NCBI RefSeq assembly: GCF_003704095.1
Contig: NW_020844463.1
Span: 186,001 to 250,000 of the forward strand
Source of the DNA: Pocillopora damicornis
Lineage: Eukaryota
DNA: 64,000 nt
Direction of reading: 5' to 3'
The position numbers and the translations under genes were made by a program. Positions 13,401-25,122 of the stretch are shown here, in pieces (the stretch's first letter is position 1; each line of letters starts with the position of its first letter). Under the pieces are notes generated by a model. It was not told the origin of the DNA, searched no databases, and was given only the letters and a program-made list of their open reading frames with translations.

Positions 13401-16003
13401 AAAAACAAATGCAACAAAAAGGGAGGAAAGCACACAAAAGGAAAAGGAAATAAAGAAAAGATTTGACAAAAAAGAAAATGAGCAAGGGAAGAATGGGAAG
13501 AAAAGAAACTCACACAAAATCGAGAGAAGAAAATTACCTTAAATACACCAGGAAAGCAGAAAAATAAGGAGAATGATGTGATTAAGAAGTGGGCGACATG
13601 AGCCAAGAAACAGAAGTCACTAACTCCAATCGAACATTTGCATTACGCATCTTTTCAACCATTATGGTAGGCGAATTTATGAGTGATGTGCAAAGGATAT
13701 TACATTTCAAGTTAAAGTCACCTCCATCCAGGTGATTAAAGGTTCCTTATACTTTGGGCTACAGCCATCGTGCGACTTATTTCCTTTGGCAGCATCGAAA
13801 ACAGTAGTGAGAACCACAGGCGGCGTAAAAAATGGCTCGTCAAATTTGATAGTCTGTCAATAAATAAAAGAATATATAGAATTAGAGTAACTGATTTAAG
13901 TTTGAATCCTGTGAAAAAAGGCAGAGTGTTGTGTTAAGCTAATTTAGATCAAATTAACAGAAAAAAGATTATGGCCTCCGTCATTCCTGACTCTCGCAAT
14001 AAGGCAGGAGTTTCTTAGACAAGAACCTACTGCGCCTATGTCACTACAATATTAACTAATAATTTTGAAGAAAGTAGACTTACCCTACAGAGAGCATACT
14101 TTTTTTGTGCTGCAGGTAACTCCTTTGATGAAAACATGATGCTTTTCGACTCTTTACACCTCCAGGAAGAAGGATAATTCTCGAAAGCCATCCAGTCCTT
14201 GAACAAGAAAAAAGGAACAATTTTCATTAAGTTTTGGCGAGCTAAACACTAAATTTTGGGCACATCCATATTAAATTGATTTGAGTACGAGCACCAAAAC
14301 ATCAACACAATTAAATGAGCGACAGACTGAAAAGATGATAATCATAATATTAATGCTTGAGAAAATATATGAAATTATACTGATTATAACGATGATAACA
14401 ATAAATAATTTGAAATAGAGAAAACAACGGAGGAGGAACTGCATATGGATGAGCAAGGAGACACAAACCAATTTATACCTATTTGTATGCACAAATTTTG
14501 TACATCTCCGGAAAAAAATGAAAAAACAACACAGAAAAAGATAACGGTTGTACAAGTAATCACTTACCACCCTGAGTTTTTCATGAGATCCATCAAATAC
14601 CCTGGATTCACGAAGGCAGACCTCAAATTCACTTGGAGAAATATTCTCGATCCAAACTAGCATGGCGTCATGCTTCTGGTCCTTGATTCTGTGCTCAACA
14701 GTGACGTGAACTTTCGGAATTGTTTTAAAGCCCTGAATAGGGAATTAAGTGTTGGAGAAACGTTACATATTATTTGTTTCTTACTTCATATGTCTAAGTC
14801 AACTCTCTACACCAATTACCCCTAATGTCTTCGAAAGATTAGGTAAAAAATATCTTACCTTTGGAAAAGTCACCCGGTTGCATTGCGATCCTGTAGTAAA
14901 TCTACTAAACATTGTTTCACCTTGTTGAACTCCTGTCTGTGGACCTTGAAATGCAAACCAGTCGATAGTGAAATTATCTCCATTTCCTCGACCTCCTTCA
15001 ACAACACAGGCCTTGAAACGATCGAATCTTATATCCTCCACCCATACAAAAATGGAATCGTATACACTGGACGATCCATTTCCACGGTTGACTGAAGCAA
15101 ATACCCGTACGGGTATACCCTTGGTGAAACTTTTGGTAAATGTGGCATATTGGCAAAGGTAATCGTCGTCGGCTTGACTAAAGTGAATCTTTCCTCTCTG
15201 CACTCCTAAGTAGAAATTATGGTCTTAGGTTATCTAAAATAGTACTACATATCTGCGAATTAAGAATGCCTTTAGAATTTTTAGAAATGCCATACACTTC
15301 ATCACGCTTAGGGGGCCGAGCTTGCTAATTATTGTTCAGAGGGTGGCTTGTTTTTTTTTACCAAAAATAGCAAATATTCTAGATGTGTAAAAAAGGTCTA
15401 CTGAGAATATTTCAGGATATTTTCTTGGAGTTTTTAGTATCCGCTACGCTGTCATTAGATTATGATTTCATCGCTGTAAAAGGGGTTAGAGGCACTTGCA
15501 CCTATTCACTGTAAATATTCAACAAAATTGAATTTTTTATACGTTTTTGATGTTGTCTTCCTTGGCAAGTCTCAGAAATTTTGAACGATCGTTCACCTAT
15601 TTTTCCTTCAATATTGTTTCCCAGACCCCTCAACCATTTCTTTCTATGCCAACCTAATTACAGAAGTTTCTTCGTTGTAGGCTAAATAATCAAAATATTG
15701 CGATTGCATTTTTCAAGCTCATCTAGATGCGAAACTTTATTTGGTGGTGTACGGTATTCCCTTTAACAAGATTTTATGTATCACGTTGCGCTTGGGTGTG
15801 TCATTATAAAAGAATTCACGAAGCTCTGAATTTCGATTAATGCTTTACTAAATAACGCTAATGAAAGGTATATAATAGCCTGACTTGAAAAAAGTGAGAG
15901 GTAAAACTTGAAAGATTCAGAGAAACCAACCTTTTCCTTGGACGACACCAAAGATGAAGAAACAAACCAACAACAATGCTCCCTGCCTTGCAGACAGCAT
16001 CAT
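6794..16003 (-). CDS. Gene B: secreted multidomain lectin/scavenger-receptor protein (SP, 3 H-lectin-like, FOLN/Kazal, 3 H-lectin-like, CTL, 2 cbEGF, CUB, 2 SRCR), ~1231 aa, DMBT1-like C-terminus
   Basis: 17 exons with GT..AG sites and a continuous frame: 15931-16003, 14859-15205, 14568-14732, 14084-14197, 13722-13853, 13247-13343, 12933-13151, 12269-12645, 11791-11958, 11313-11423, 10963-11082, 10391-10481, 9616-9999, 8986-9111, 8488-8610, 7856-8215, 6794-7482. Sum 3696 nt = 1232 codons including the stop. No TM segment seen. Confidence 0.9.
7856..8215 (-). CDS. Gene B exon 16: CUB domain
   Basis: GYIES...Y...MDCSWNI...LVFIRLDTE...VTVYDG...LLVKFTSDGS...GGFRARY; phase-1 introns on both sides. 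Confidence 0.92.
8488..9111 (-). CDS. Gene B exons 14-15: two calcium-binding EGF domains (8986-9111, 8488-8610)
   Basis: DYDEC...CINNEGSYTCKC and DMNECRLGTFTCDAQAVCENIPGTYKCRCFPGLAGTGKTC. Confidence 0.9.
9616..9999 (-). CDS. Gene B exon 13: C-type lectin domain
   Basis: CDDDWNYFRGYCY...WLGLTD...WSDGS...NWAKGQPNN...EDC...WNDVNC...FTCK. Confidence 0.93.
10391..12645 (-). CDS. Gene B exons 8-12: second triplet of H-lectin-like repeats
   Basis: Five exons (377/168/111/120/91 nt) repeating the motif C..V.F...(F/Y)..PP.V.....W(V/L/I)E.I....F..C......(D/N)W.A. Confidence 0.85.
12933..13151 (-). CDS. Gene B exon 7: follistatin-N/Kazal domain
   Basis: DPCRNVNCTYESFC...CICKDNCPSYEEQVCASNGRTFKNMCFLKKEIC...HPGSC (a different frame from the listed ORF). 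Confidence 0.9.
13247..15205 (-). CDS. Gene B exons 2-6: first triplet of H-lectin-like repeats
   Basis: Five exons (347/165/114/132/97 nt) with the same motif and intron phases as exons 8-12. Confidence 0.85.
15931..16003 (-). CDS. Gene B exon 1: signal peptide
   Basis: MMLSARQGALLLVCFFIFGVVQGK; 73 nt, phase-1 donor GTTGGT. Confidence 0.85.
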
Positions 16004-16029
16004 CTCTTCACTGTGTCATCGACGTGTAC

Positions 16030-16215
16030 GCCCCTGTTGGAGTGGAGACGTCTCCAAGAGGCAAATGAATTTACGGTAGATGTAACACGACTGCGTAATC
16101 ATCATTTACGTAAAGTATCTGAATCGCGTGTTTCAGCACATTATTGCATAAGATTCCTTTGACGAGGTCACTTGAACAATAGCAATTGCGACATGGTAAA
16201 ATCTACTTATTCCCA
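16030..16215 (-). promoter_or_regulatory. Conserved proximal upstream block shared by genes A and B
   Basis: Collinear motifs TGGAGAC, AATGAATTTACG, TGTTTCAGC, ACGAGGTCAC, GAACAAT and ATCTACTTATT also occur at ~3975-4160. Confidence 0.55.
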
Positions 16216-18746
16216 ATGCCATTGGCAAATAGAGCAAGAATTTTTGCCAAACAGTTAATTTTGTATTGCCCGTCGGGAATTTTGGCAGCTATTACAGCAT
16301 TTCTTTTACTTTGCTAGGGGCGAAGGAAAAAATATTCTATGTCCATTTTTTTAAAACATTGCCTTATCTTGAGGAGAAGAAACACCACTGATCAAAACGT
16401 GGATTCTCCTTTCACGGGAATCACATATTTCTGATTGTGATATTCTTAGCTCCTCTTAATTCAGGCAATTTTCCAAAATCAGAAATTCAGACATGCAAAA
16501 ACAACTTCATGTTCTTCTATTATGAATAAAACCTTGAAAATAATCTACAAGAAACGAAATAATATACGTGATAGAGTTTGTTAAAATAATTTTAGCTCAT
16601 TACCTACACGAAAGAAGGCGAAACTTTTAACGTCAAGAATGGCTTTGTGAGAATTTTCTTTGTTCGTTGTGTTCAGCTAAAAAGAGGTCAAACTTGTTGA
16701 CCCCACCTCCAGTGTTCAAAACGCGTTATGCAACTGTGGTTAGCCCCTCTAAAACAATCGTTTATTTTATCGCATTCTTGACAACATTCCTTCCATTCAC
16801 GTTTCTCTCTCCCCCAAAAATGTATATCTTCTAATCTCAAATGTTAATTATACCCATTTCAATTGCATTGAGAAATGACAAAAGAAAATTGGCTTTTTGT
16901 GGAGATATGATTATAAAACAAAAAAGGATCTTTCACTTCCGTTATTAAGGAATACTCAGACTAAGAAATTCCATGTGTTTGAAACAAGTTTCAAGTTACG
17001 ACCTTGCGACTAGTACTTCGAATCTTCTGCCAAAGAGGTACATCGTAAAAGGAACTCGGTCAAAATGAGTTAATGACTTCAGTATCCATATGAGACAAAA
17101 ATCGGTAAATGCGCGGTAAAACACGTATGAAGTAATCCTGTATAAAACATGTGATATCGATAATGTCCCTGACGTGATGATCGGTAATGAATAGATCCAC
17201 ATAAAGCCAGTGTAATATTTCTTAAGTAAGGTCAAATTCTTGATTCAAATCTTTTATTTCATTAAGCTCTTTGATAACGAATAAAACATTGATCTAGCTA
17301 AGTGAATTCCATCTTAAGCAGCATTAAACATAAGGTTTAAAAAGATTTCGTCTTAAGCACTTTCAGCGGTGTGCAGCCTTTTGCACAGGAAGGAAATTAG
17401 GGCTAAAGTGAAAGCAAGATTTCGGAAAATATCAGTTTTGATTTTAAAAGTATGGAAATGAATGAAGGAATCACAGGAATATCATCAGGCAACACTCTGG
17501 GTTCCATTTACGATTTCATCTTCCAACTGAACTAAAAAATTTTTGGTTCATTTTGCGTGCTGTAAAAAACCTGTTAAACCAGTCGGCTGCGCGGGCTAAG
17601 CTTCCCAATCCACTTTGCTTTTCCCACCTTATGAGAATGAGCAGAAACACTTGGCAGAAAAAAGCAGTAAAAATACGGCTCAACTCGTAAGAATACTCAA
17701 CGATACTACATACAAAAACGTCTAATAAGGTATATACGTCGAAAGGTTTTCGCTATGCTCATTAAGTAAAGATACACTAGGTAAGACATCGAAGTTGACA
17801 TTGCACGAAATTCAAATTCCATTGAGAAAAAGGTAGCCAGGGATTACTTGAGCTTAAACGAGGTCAGAAATCAAGACGACAGATTTAACTTAATCTGATC
17901 AGTAGGAAAAAATTTAAATCGATAAATAAAAGCAGTAGTAAGGTACAATTTGATTTAGTTTGGAAGAATCTCCTTTAGAAATCTACTTTTGTTAAAAGAA
18001 AGCGATCTATTACTAAATTTTGTAATCTAGAGATAACTGCTCCACCGGATTCTGGCTGCGAAGGTCATTTCAGTGGCGTCACACAATCAAAACGGAATAA
18101 CAAATTGTATGTTGATATCTAACTCCTGTCTCCAAGGGGATAGAAATTCAGCCCCAAGCCTGAGTGGGTGGGGATGGGGCTAAGGGAGAGGTGGTTGGGG
18201 TGCTCGAAGATCAAAATATCTTCCCTAAGTCCAATTTTTAAGCATTGAATAGGAAACGTGTGTGTCTGTGTGTGAGTGTTTGGGGAAGAGCTCTCGTTAG
18301 TAAAACAGAACATTTAACCTGTTTCCATATTATTAAAGGTGAAAGTGAAATGTGATCATCGCAGTAATATTCCATATTATTGGCTCTTTTTATTCGAAGG
18401 GGGTGGTAGCGGGAAAACCCCATTATGCTATGTTAAGTCGTTAACCAGTGTCTCTTCTATTTCATTGGCTGATTATTATAACTCTGAAGCGTTACATGCA
18501 TAATAACTTTGAGTCCGAAACAACACTTACAGCAACCTTTCTTTAATTAATCGAGATATACAGGTTGGTTATGAATAAATTCACACAGACCTACACGAAC
18601 AATCAACAGATTGATATATGAAAGGGTGCACACTACAAAATCTGCAATATAATGTCAAATGCTTTGACAGAATGATGATAAGTAAGCAATGGAAGCAATG
18701 ATTTTACCTCTGACACCTAAAAAAAATGTCAGGCATAGTAAATGTC

Positions 18747-18930
18747 ATAGTAACGCGTACAGAAACAATTTGATTATTATCAAAGTTATACAAATTAGGT
18801 ATGATTGAATACACGAACTGAAAAAAATTGAAACGACCAGCAACTGTGCTCTAACCTAGACGACAAGGCGAAGCCTACAGTTAACATTACTTTATTCCTG
18901 CCCAACGACTTATTTCAAAGACTCTTCCTT
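18747..18930 (+). repeat. ~185-bp dispersed direct repeat (copies at 21421-21604 and, diverged, ~46440-46525)
   Basis: ATAGTAACGCGTACAGAAAC...CCCAACGACTTATTTCAAAGACTCTTCCTT is nearly identical in the first two copies. Confidence 0.85.
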
Positions 18931-21900
18931 AGATGCGAAACCAAATGAAATACTTATATATATGTAAATTAGCTTTTCTGGTTCCAAAAATATATGTAAA
19001 AACTATAAAATTTCAGTCACAACTGAAGTCAAGAAAACATGCACACTATTCTGAAAGAGGTCTGGCAACAACTCCCTCTTGATTGTCAAATTCGTCTGGC
19101 TGCACATATCAACTCGTTGTTGCCTGCACTAGACCTGTTTGGGGACTTACTACCAATTACTTTCATTTTAAGATCAACTACACTGTATTAGCTACACAAT
19201 AAATATATGTTTCTAACATTTACATATTTCTTATAAATATTTCTATATTTTCATATATTCTTAGTGCATTATAGCATGGCAGGGGATCTGTTTCTTTCCG
19301 CAGTCACATCGCTGTTCTTATTTGAATTAATGTAGTACCTTTTTTGTGTTAAGAGCCTGTCCACGAGAGCGCCAGACAGTCGTGCTACATGCCATCTCAC
19401 CGATTTCAATAAAACAATTATTGCTCTAGGCGGTCGCTTAACCAAATAAACCTACATTTTTTTGCTCTTTATACAAGATGACTAATGAAGAAAGGTAAAA
19501 AATATGAAAAACTTTCGATATTTTTTGTAAGAATGGAAAATTTCACGTTTAGAGAGATGCATGTAGGCGAAAAATCGATGGGAAAATCGTAGCGTTTCTT
19601 TTTTCTGTCGTTTATTAATTTGGAGATTTGCTAAAATCAAAAAATATGGCTTTGGTACGACACAAAACATTTATCAGTCTATAATTTGATTGTTTATCGT
19701 CATCATTGCTCATTTTAGGAGATTTTAAAGTCACACGCTGCATGTTAGTTGACATTATTACATGTTCCACTACGCTACAACTTCGGCTTTTACAGACGAG
19801 AAATTCAGCGCTCTCGCTTGAGAGCAAATATCAATAGTTCTATCAAACTAAAACTGTGCTTCTATCCCGAAAATAAAATTAAAACAGAGTTGTCGTTGTC
19901 ACTTACCGCCATAAAACATTTCCATCCAGAACTCCGCTAAGCTAACATCTGTTGCGTGACCCAAAGACTCCGTGGGAATTATTTAAGCGCGTTGTTCACG
20001 CTGTCTGCTAGATAACAATTTCAGAATAATCTGCAGATCTCTATGATTATTTGCTTGCTTCGATCGTAAAATATCTTCATTTTTTCTCAAGCATTCTATT
20101 ACTACATATAAATCTACATCTCTCTAGATCAAGTGTTACCGGCGATTAATTGCATGACTTATGAAATTTATTTATTATTATGAGTCAGCAGTAGCAGTAC
20201 CTGTACCCTCTTCTGCAGTCTTCGTCTAAATTTTGCAAGGTGCCTCCTTATCTTCTGCCTTGTTCAGTCAGTTTCGACCTCTGAAGCTAGATCATCGACA
20301 TCGCCCTCTTTGTCCTCATTCATATTGACCCCGTCAATAAACAAATTTTTGTTACGGCAGATAACCGGCTGAAGTATCGAGCGATTTGCTGCTCTATCAA
20401 CCGGTCAGTCTTAGACAACATTCCTGGCCGATGCGTCTCTTAAACTCGATATTTGGGAAGTCACATTAGAGGCGGTTGCCTTATTTGTTTCCTCCCCTGT
20501 CCAGCACACGTCTAAGAGATAATTCTTTGCTTTCTCATATACGAATAGTAAATACAGGCGTGACATTTTTCGAACGTTACATGTACGAGTACGTGATCCG
20601 TTTGAGGATCACAGATTTAGTGTAAATATTTGACCCCTCAGCATCACGTAATTTCTCTAGTTTACAGAGGTCTTAAAACGCTTCTTTGCATGGATTTGCA
20701 TTCTGCGGGTAGAAGGCTAAAAGCGAATTTCTAGGGCGTAATTGCCTTTGATTTCTCAATTGAAGTTGTCGCAAACACAGTTTTTGGGGGTCACGAAACA
20801 ACAAAAACTTATCAGGACCAAGTTTCATGTTCTAATGAGAATAAATAGCAAATAAAAACATGTTCTCTTGAGAAATACAGTTATAGATAACAGATGCTCT
20901 TTAAAACAAATAGTGATAGAAAAGGTTTCTGTTCTGCTCAATTTTGACTTTTCATAGCTTACTTCCAAATCTGAGGGAACGCGTTGAGGGAATAAAAAAA
21001 ACATACACGTGTGATAATTCACGGAAGAGTACATTTCAAGGTTGCTGAATGTCTCTTTTGAATAAGCAGCACGCCAGTGAAAGCTAGTTTCGAGGCATTG
21101 ACTGAACGACAAGTCAGAGACGCCAATAAGAAACAAAAATATTGCTTGTTGAAGGAAAATAGTGGAACCGGAACTGGAACCGGAAACAAATTTTAAAAGT
21201 TCCGATTAAACATCTGCACAGGCTTAGTTAGCAGAGGTAGCTTAGGTACCAAACCTTCTACGTTTTAAGGAGCTATGTTAAGGAGATCTGCGCTGTACCT
21301 TAACACTAATCCTCTCTCCTTTATTTCGGGCGTCCCGTGCGTTATTGCCAAGAAAATTGCCATGCAATTTCAAACATAGAATTAAGCAACAATGTTCTGT
21401 AGACTCATTCAATTGTATTCATAGTAACGCGTACAGAAACTATTTGATTGTTATCAAAGTTATACAAATTAGGTATGATTGAATACACGAACTGAAAAAA
21501 TTGAAACGACCAGTAACCCTGCACTAACCTAGACGACAAGGTGAAGCCTACAGTCAACATTAGTTTTATTCCTGCCCAACGACTTATTTCAAAGACTCTT
21601 CCTTGCCACTTGCGGGCTCTGCCTAGAAACGTTAAGCGGCAATTTGTCAATGTGAGCACGCTACAACAAAGTGGTGCATTGCAGTACTACGAAATGAATT
21701 ACTTATCACTTTTTTGTTTGCAACAAATCTATGAGTAACAAACCACACTAGCATCCTCACTACATGTACATTCATGTTTTCCCCAGCCAAGGAACGAACA
21801 ACAAGGCAACATTGGCTCTCCCCCTTGGCAGTAAACACCATCCATCCTGACTGGGTCAGAACCCTGAACGTCTTCAGTGCAACAACTAGCCCGAGATGCA

Positions 21901-23019
21901 CCAGAAAAGCCACGCTAACGACACACCACACTGGCTTCGTTAATTGTCCAGTGATCATCACACACTGTGCCCCACTCCCCGTTGTGATAAACTTCTGCGC
22001 GTCCTTAGTTTGCTCTACCGCCCATTAAACGGATAGTGACTGTATAATGAACGTAAATAAAATGATTCCTGAGTGAGAGATATAATTAATTGGCCATAGG
22101 ATACCTCTGAGACAAGAAACTTTGAGACCTTCATATTTAATTCTGCTTGCAAAAAAAAATAAGAATTGGGACCTTTTGCTGTTCCTGTTTGCTATAAAGG
22201 ACTTCAGTAATTTACCTGTGCAGGACTGGTGACCATTACTGAAATATCCGGGCGAATATCTACATTCATATGAACCAATTCTATTGACACACTGAGCGTT
22301 CGAATTGTAGGAGATAGATCCCGTCTGACACTTATCCACATCTGTTAAAGCAGTATGGGAACCCGTCAGAGTTAAAGCTATATTTTCAAAATCGATTAAA
22401 TTTTGAAAATATTAAGTAATATGACCGTGTGGAATACAATTCGGTTTGTAATCATACGGGCAATTGACAAAACCGGACGACCGCGAAGCACACACTGACA
22501 ACGAAATGAGCCTTCAGTATTCTGACAATTGGCATTCGGATCACAGGCGGGAATGGAAGAACTACATTCGTCAACATCTGCAAAGAAATCAAATTGTCAG
22601 TAGTGGAGTTTCGATTGATCATTTTTACTGCTTGTAACTGTACAAGGAAATATAAGGAGAAGTGACAGGAGACCTATTCAATCTCGCTGGTGTTATTTTT
22701 TATCACTTGGGCGCACTTTGTTATATCGAAACACTCTTCGTGAAGGATGGTCAAATCAAAACTAGACAACTAAGATAAGTTTTCAATGCCAACGTAAAAT
22801 ACATGCCTGAATTACTTCGCCTTTACCTAATAACCGACAGCATACTAAAAACAATACATGCTTTCTTAAAACTGCAAGTTTTCTAATAATAACTTCCTGA
22901 CATTCGGCAAGTTCGTAAGAAAATTATCAACTGTCTTTCACTTTTATACCTCAAAATTGTCTCACTTTAATTCGAATTGATATAACCACAATCCACATAC
23001 AGTACTATGCAAAAGTAAT

Positions 23020-23345
23020 GCAAACGATTATCGTTATTTATCGCGATAAAAGCGAGATATCGGCGATATGTAAGCGATATTTCCGTTGGAATGATATATC
23101 GGCAATATACCGCCGGGCTATTGTTCTAACCGTGAGATATCGCCGATATATCGTTGAGCTCCTCACGAATTATCGTTTTCCCTGAGCGATATATCGTTTA
23201 TCCTGAACGATATATCGTTTGAACTCAGCGATATATCGTTTGAGCTCAGCGATATATCTTTTGAGCTCAGCGATATATCGCCGCCGCCTAACAATATCTC
23301 GTTTAAACTAAGCGACATATCGTCGTGTCGGTAAGATATCGCCAT
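23020..23345. repeat. Subterminal array of CGATATATCG palindromes (21-bp period); matching array at ~31720-32035
   Basis: Units such as CTCAGCGATATATCGTTTGAG repeated in tandem; these produce the spurious DISLSS ORF. Confidence 0.85.
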
Positions 23346-23849
23346 TATTAAGTGTTAGATCGGTGAGGCAACATTGCGCCACTCGGCGAATTTTTCATCA
23401 ACCTGATACTGTCTGAGCGAGTAGGAAAGTAAACCTAGTGTATCATTCTATTCGAAGTCTGTTTCATCAGCGTGAAAAGGGCAGTATAAGGAATTTATGC
23501 CAGTTTCGCTACATACAGAGTCGGCTATGGTCGAAGTTTGCCACACGTTCGCTGCACATCACTTAAGCAAGTTCGCTACTACACAAAATAACACAAAATA
23601 ACATTTAACACTTATATAGCGCTTATTCGCATGCGTTCTAAGCGCTTTACATCCATTGTATTACAGTATGACTTAGAAATANNNNNNNNNNNNNNNNNNN
23701 NNNNNNNNNNNNNNNNNNNNNNNNNNNNNNNNNNNNNNNNNNNNNNNNNNNNNNNNNNNNNNNNNNNNNNNNNNNNNNNNNAAAAAAAATACAACCAAAA
23801 AAAAGCAGAGGTAATGAAGGTCAAGGTCAGAGAATGGACTTTTCCAACT

Positions 23850-24500
23850 GCTGTATCCAAGGAAAGTAAAAGTAGGCTGGCAAACAGGAAGCAGTACTTG
23901 ATGGTTCATAAGCCAAAGGGAGCAGTCTACTTGAACCTCAGCATTTGTTGGAAAACTCGTTACACAACATCAGCCCAAATGTCAAGTACTACTTAACACA
24001 TGGCTACTGCATACCCCAGGAAAGAACCAACAATGTGCCTTACCAACCGTGGGTATGCCTAAAGAAAGGCAATGGAGGTATTGTCACTAACAAGTGTTTT
24101 TGTGTAGCTGGGTGAGGGCATTTCATCTGTACTGCCATTGTGTGCAAATTGATTGTGATAGTTAACCTCTTTTATAGTGAGTAACATTTTGGCTTTGATA
24201 AATTTTGGTTACAGCTGACAATGTTTTGAACAAAGGATTAGCTACTTTTATAAACCATTTCTGTCAATTGTCACCCTGAACACTCTTAAGACCACAGGCT
24301 TAGCTGCATTTTGCAAGCTTGGGGAGATTTGCAAACACATGAGTGCCCTTCTTTACTACATTACTTCAGAGATCAGGGAAGAAAGAAACAAGAGTTGTAA
24401 ATCCAAATTCCAAGCATGGAGTAGACCAAGTAAGGGTGCATTCAAGAAATATACAGCTAAGCCCCTAGCGGTAATTAGGATGCAAAAGGCTACATCAAGG
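23850..24500 (+). pseudogene. Intron-containing SWIM zinc-finger gene remnant, transposon-associated type (YqaJ/ISL2EU-like second ORF)
   Basis: HNISPNVKYYLTHGYCIPQERTNNVPYQPWVCLKKGNGGIVTNKCFCVAG|GTGAG...LGEICKHMSALLYY...SCKSKFQAWSRP gives CxC..CxH. The acceptor looks mutated and there are upstream stops. Confidence 0.62.
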
Positions 24501-25122
24501 ACTGTGATGCTTTTCAACTGAAAAGGGGTAACACACTTCAGGTCATGCTAAGATCCTTGATGTTTAGCAGACAGCCAATGAAACTTAATCAAGAAGATAT
24601 CCAGACACTGAATATTACTTCCAACAGGAATTGTTATTTGTTATTTCATTACAATAACCCATGGCCAATCATGACAAGTCTAAACTTTGTTACACATGAA
24701 GAAGTAATTGCCAGTGAAGCAGCAGTTGTATTCCCAGAGTGTTATAGCACTAACTGATGACATCAAAATGAAATATTTCAATCTTTCATTGGAAGGAAAA
24801 TATTCTCTGTTTCTGCAGGAACTAATACAGATCATCACTACAAAACCACACAAAACAAAAGGATTAACATTGACTTTCTGAAGGTGTTATGCATGTGACA
24901 TGGTTTGTCTAAAATGAGGAAACTATCACACATTATCTACACCTATGACATTTAACACACTTTATTCTTCAAATTATAAATTGTGATTACTAGAATACAA
25001 ATTGCTAAACAATTTAACAACAAATAATTTTGTAAAGCAGTTAACTCTTTACTCGCGAGAGAAGCCAAGTATCCGCCATTTGAAGAGTTCTGCCGATTTC
25101 TGAAGACGGAAGCAAGGATTGC

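Noticed and set aside
20180-20515. GC-richer, exon-like stretch
   Set aside because: The minus-strand frames I read all hit stops and I could not recognise a domain; left unannotated.
21647-21961. Apparently conserved MMITGQLTKP ORF family (also 47609-47872 and 62205-62702)
   Set aside because: These are alternative-frame readings of SRCR exons, not a separate gene.
23163-23345. ORF with DISLSS repeats; CRISPR-like appearance
   Set aside because: It is a translation of the 21-bp subterminal tandem repeat. There are no unique spacers and no cas genes, and the DNA is eukaryotic.
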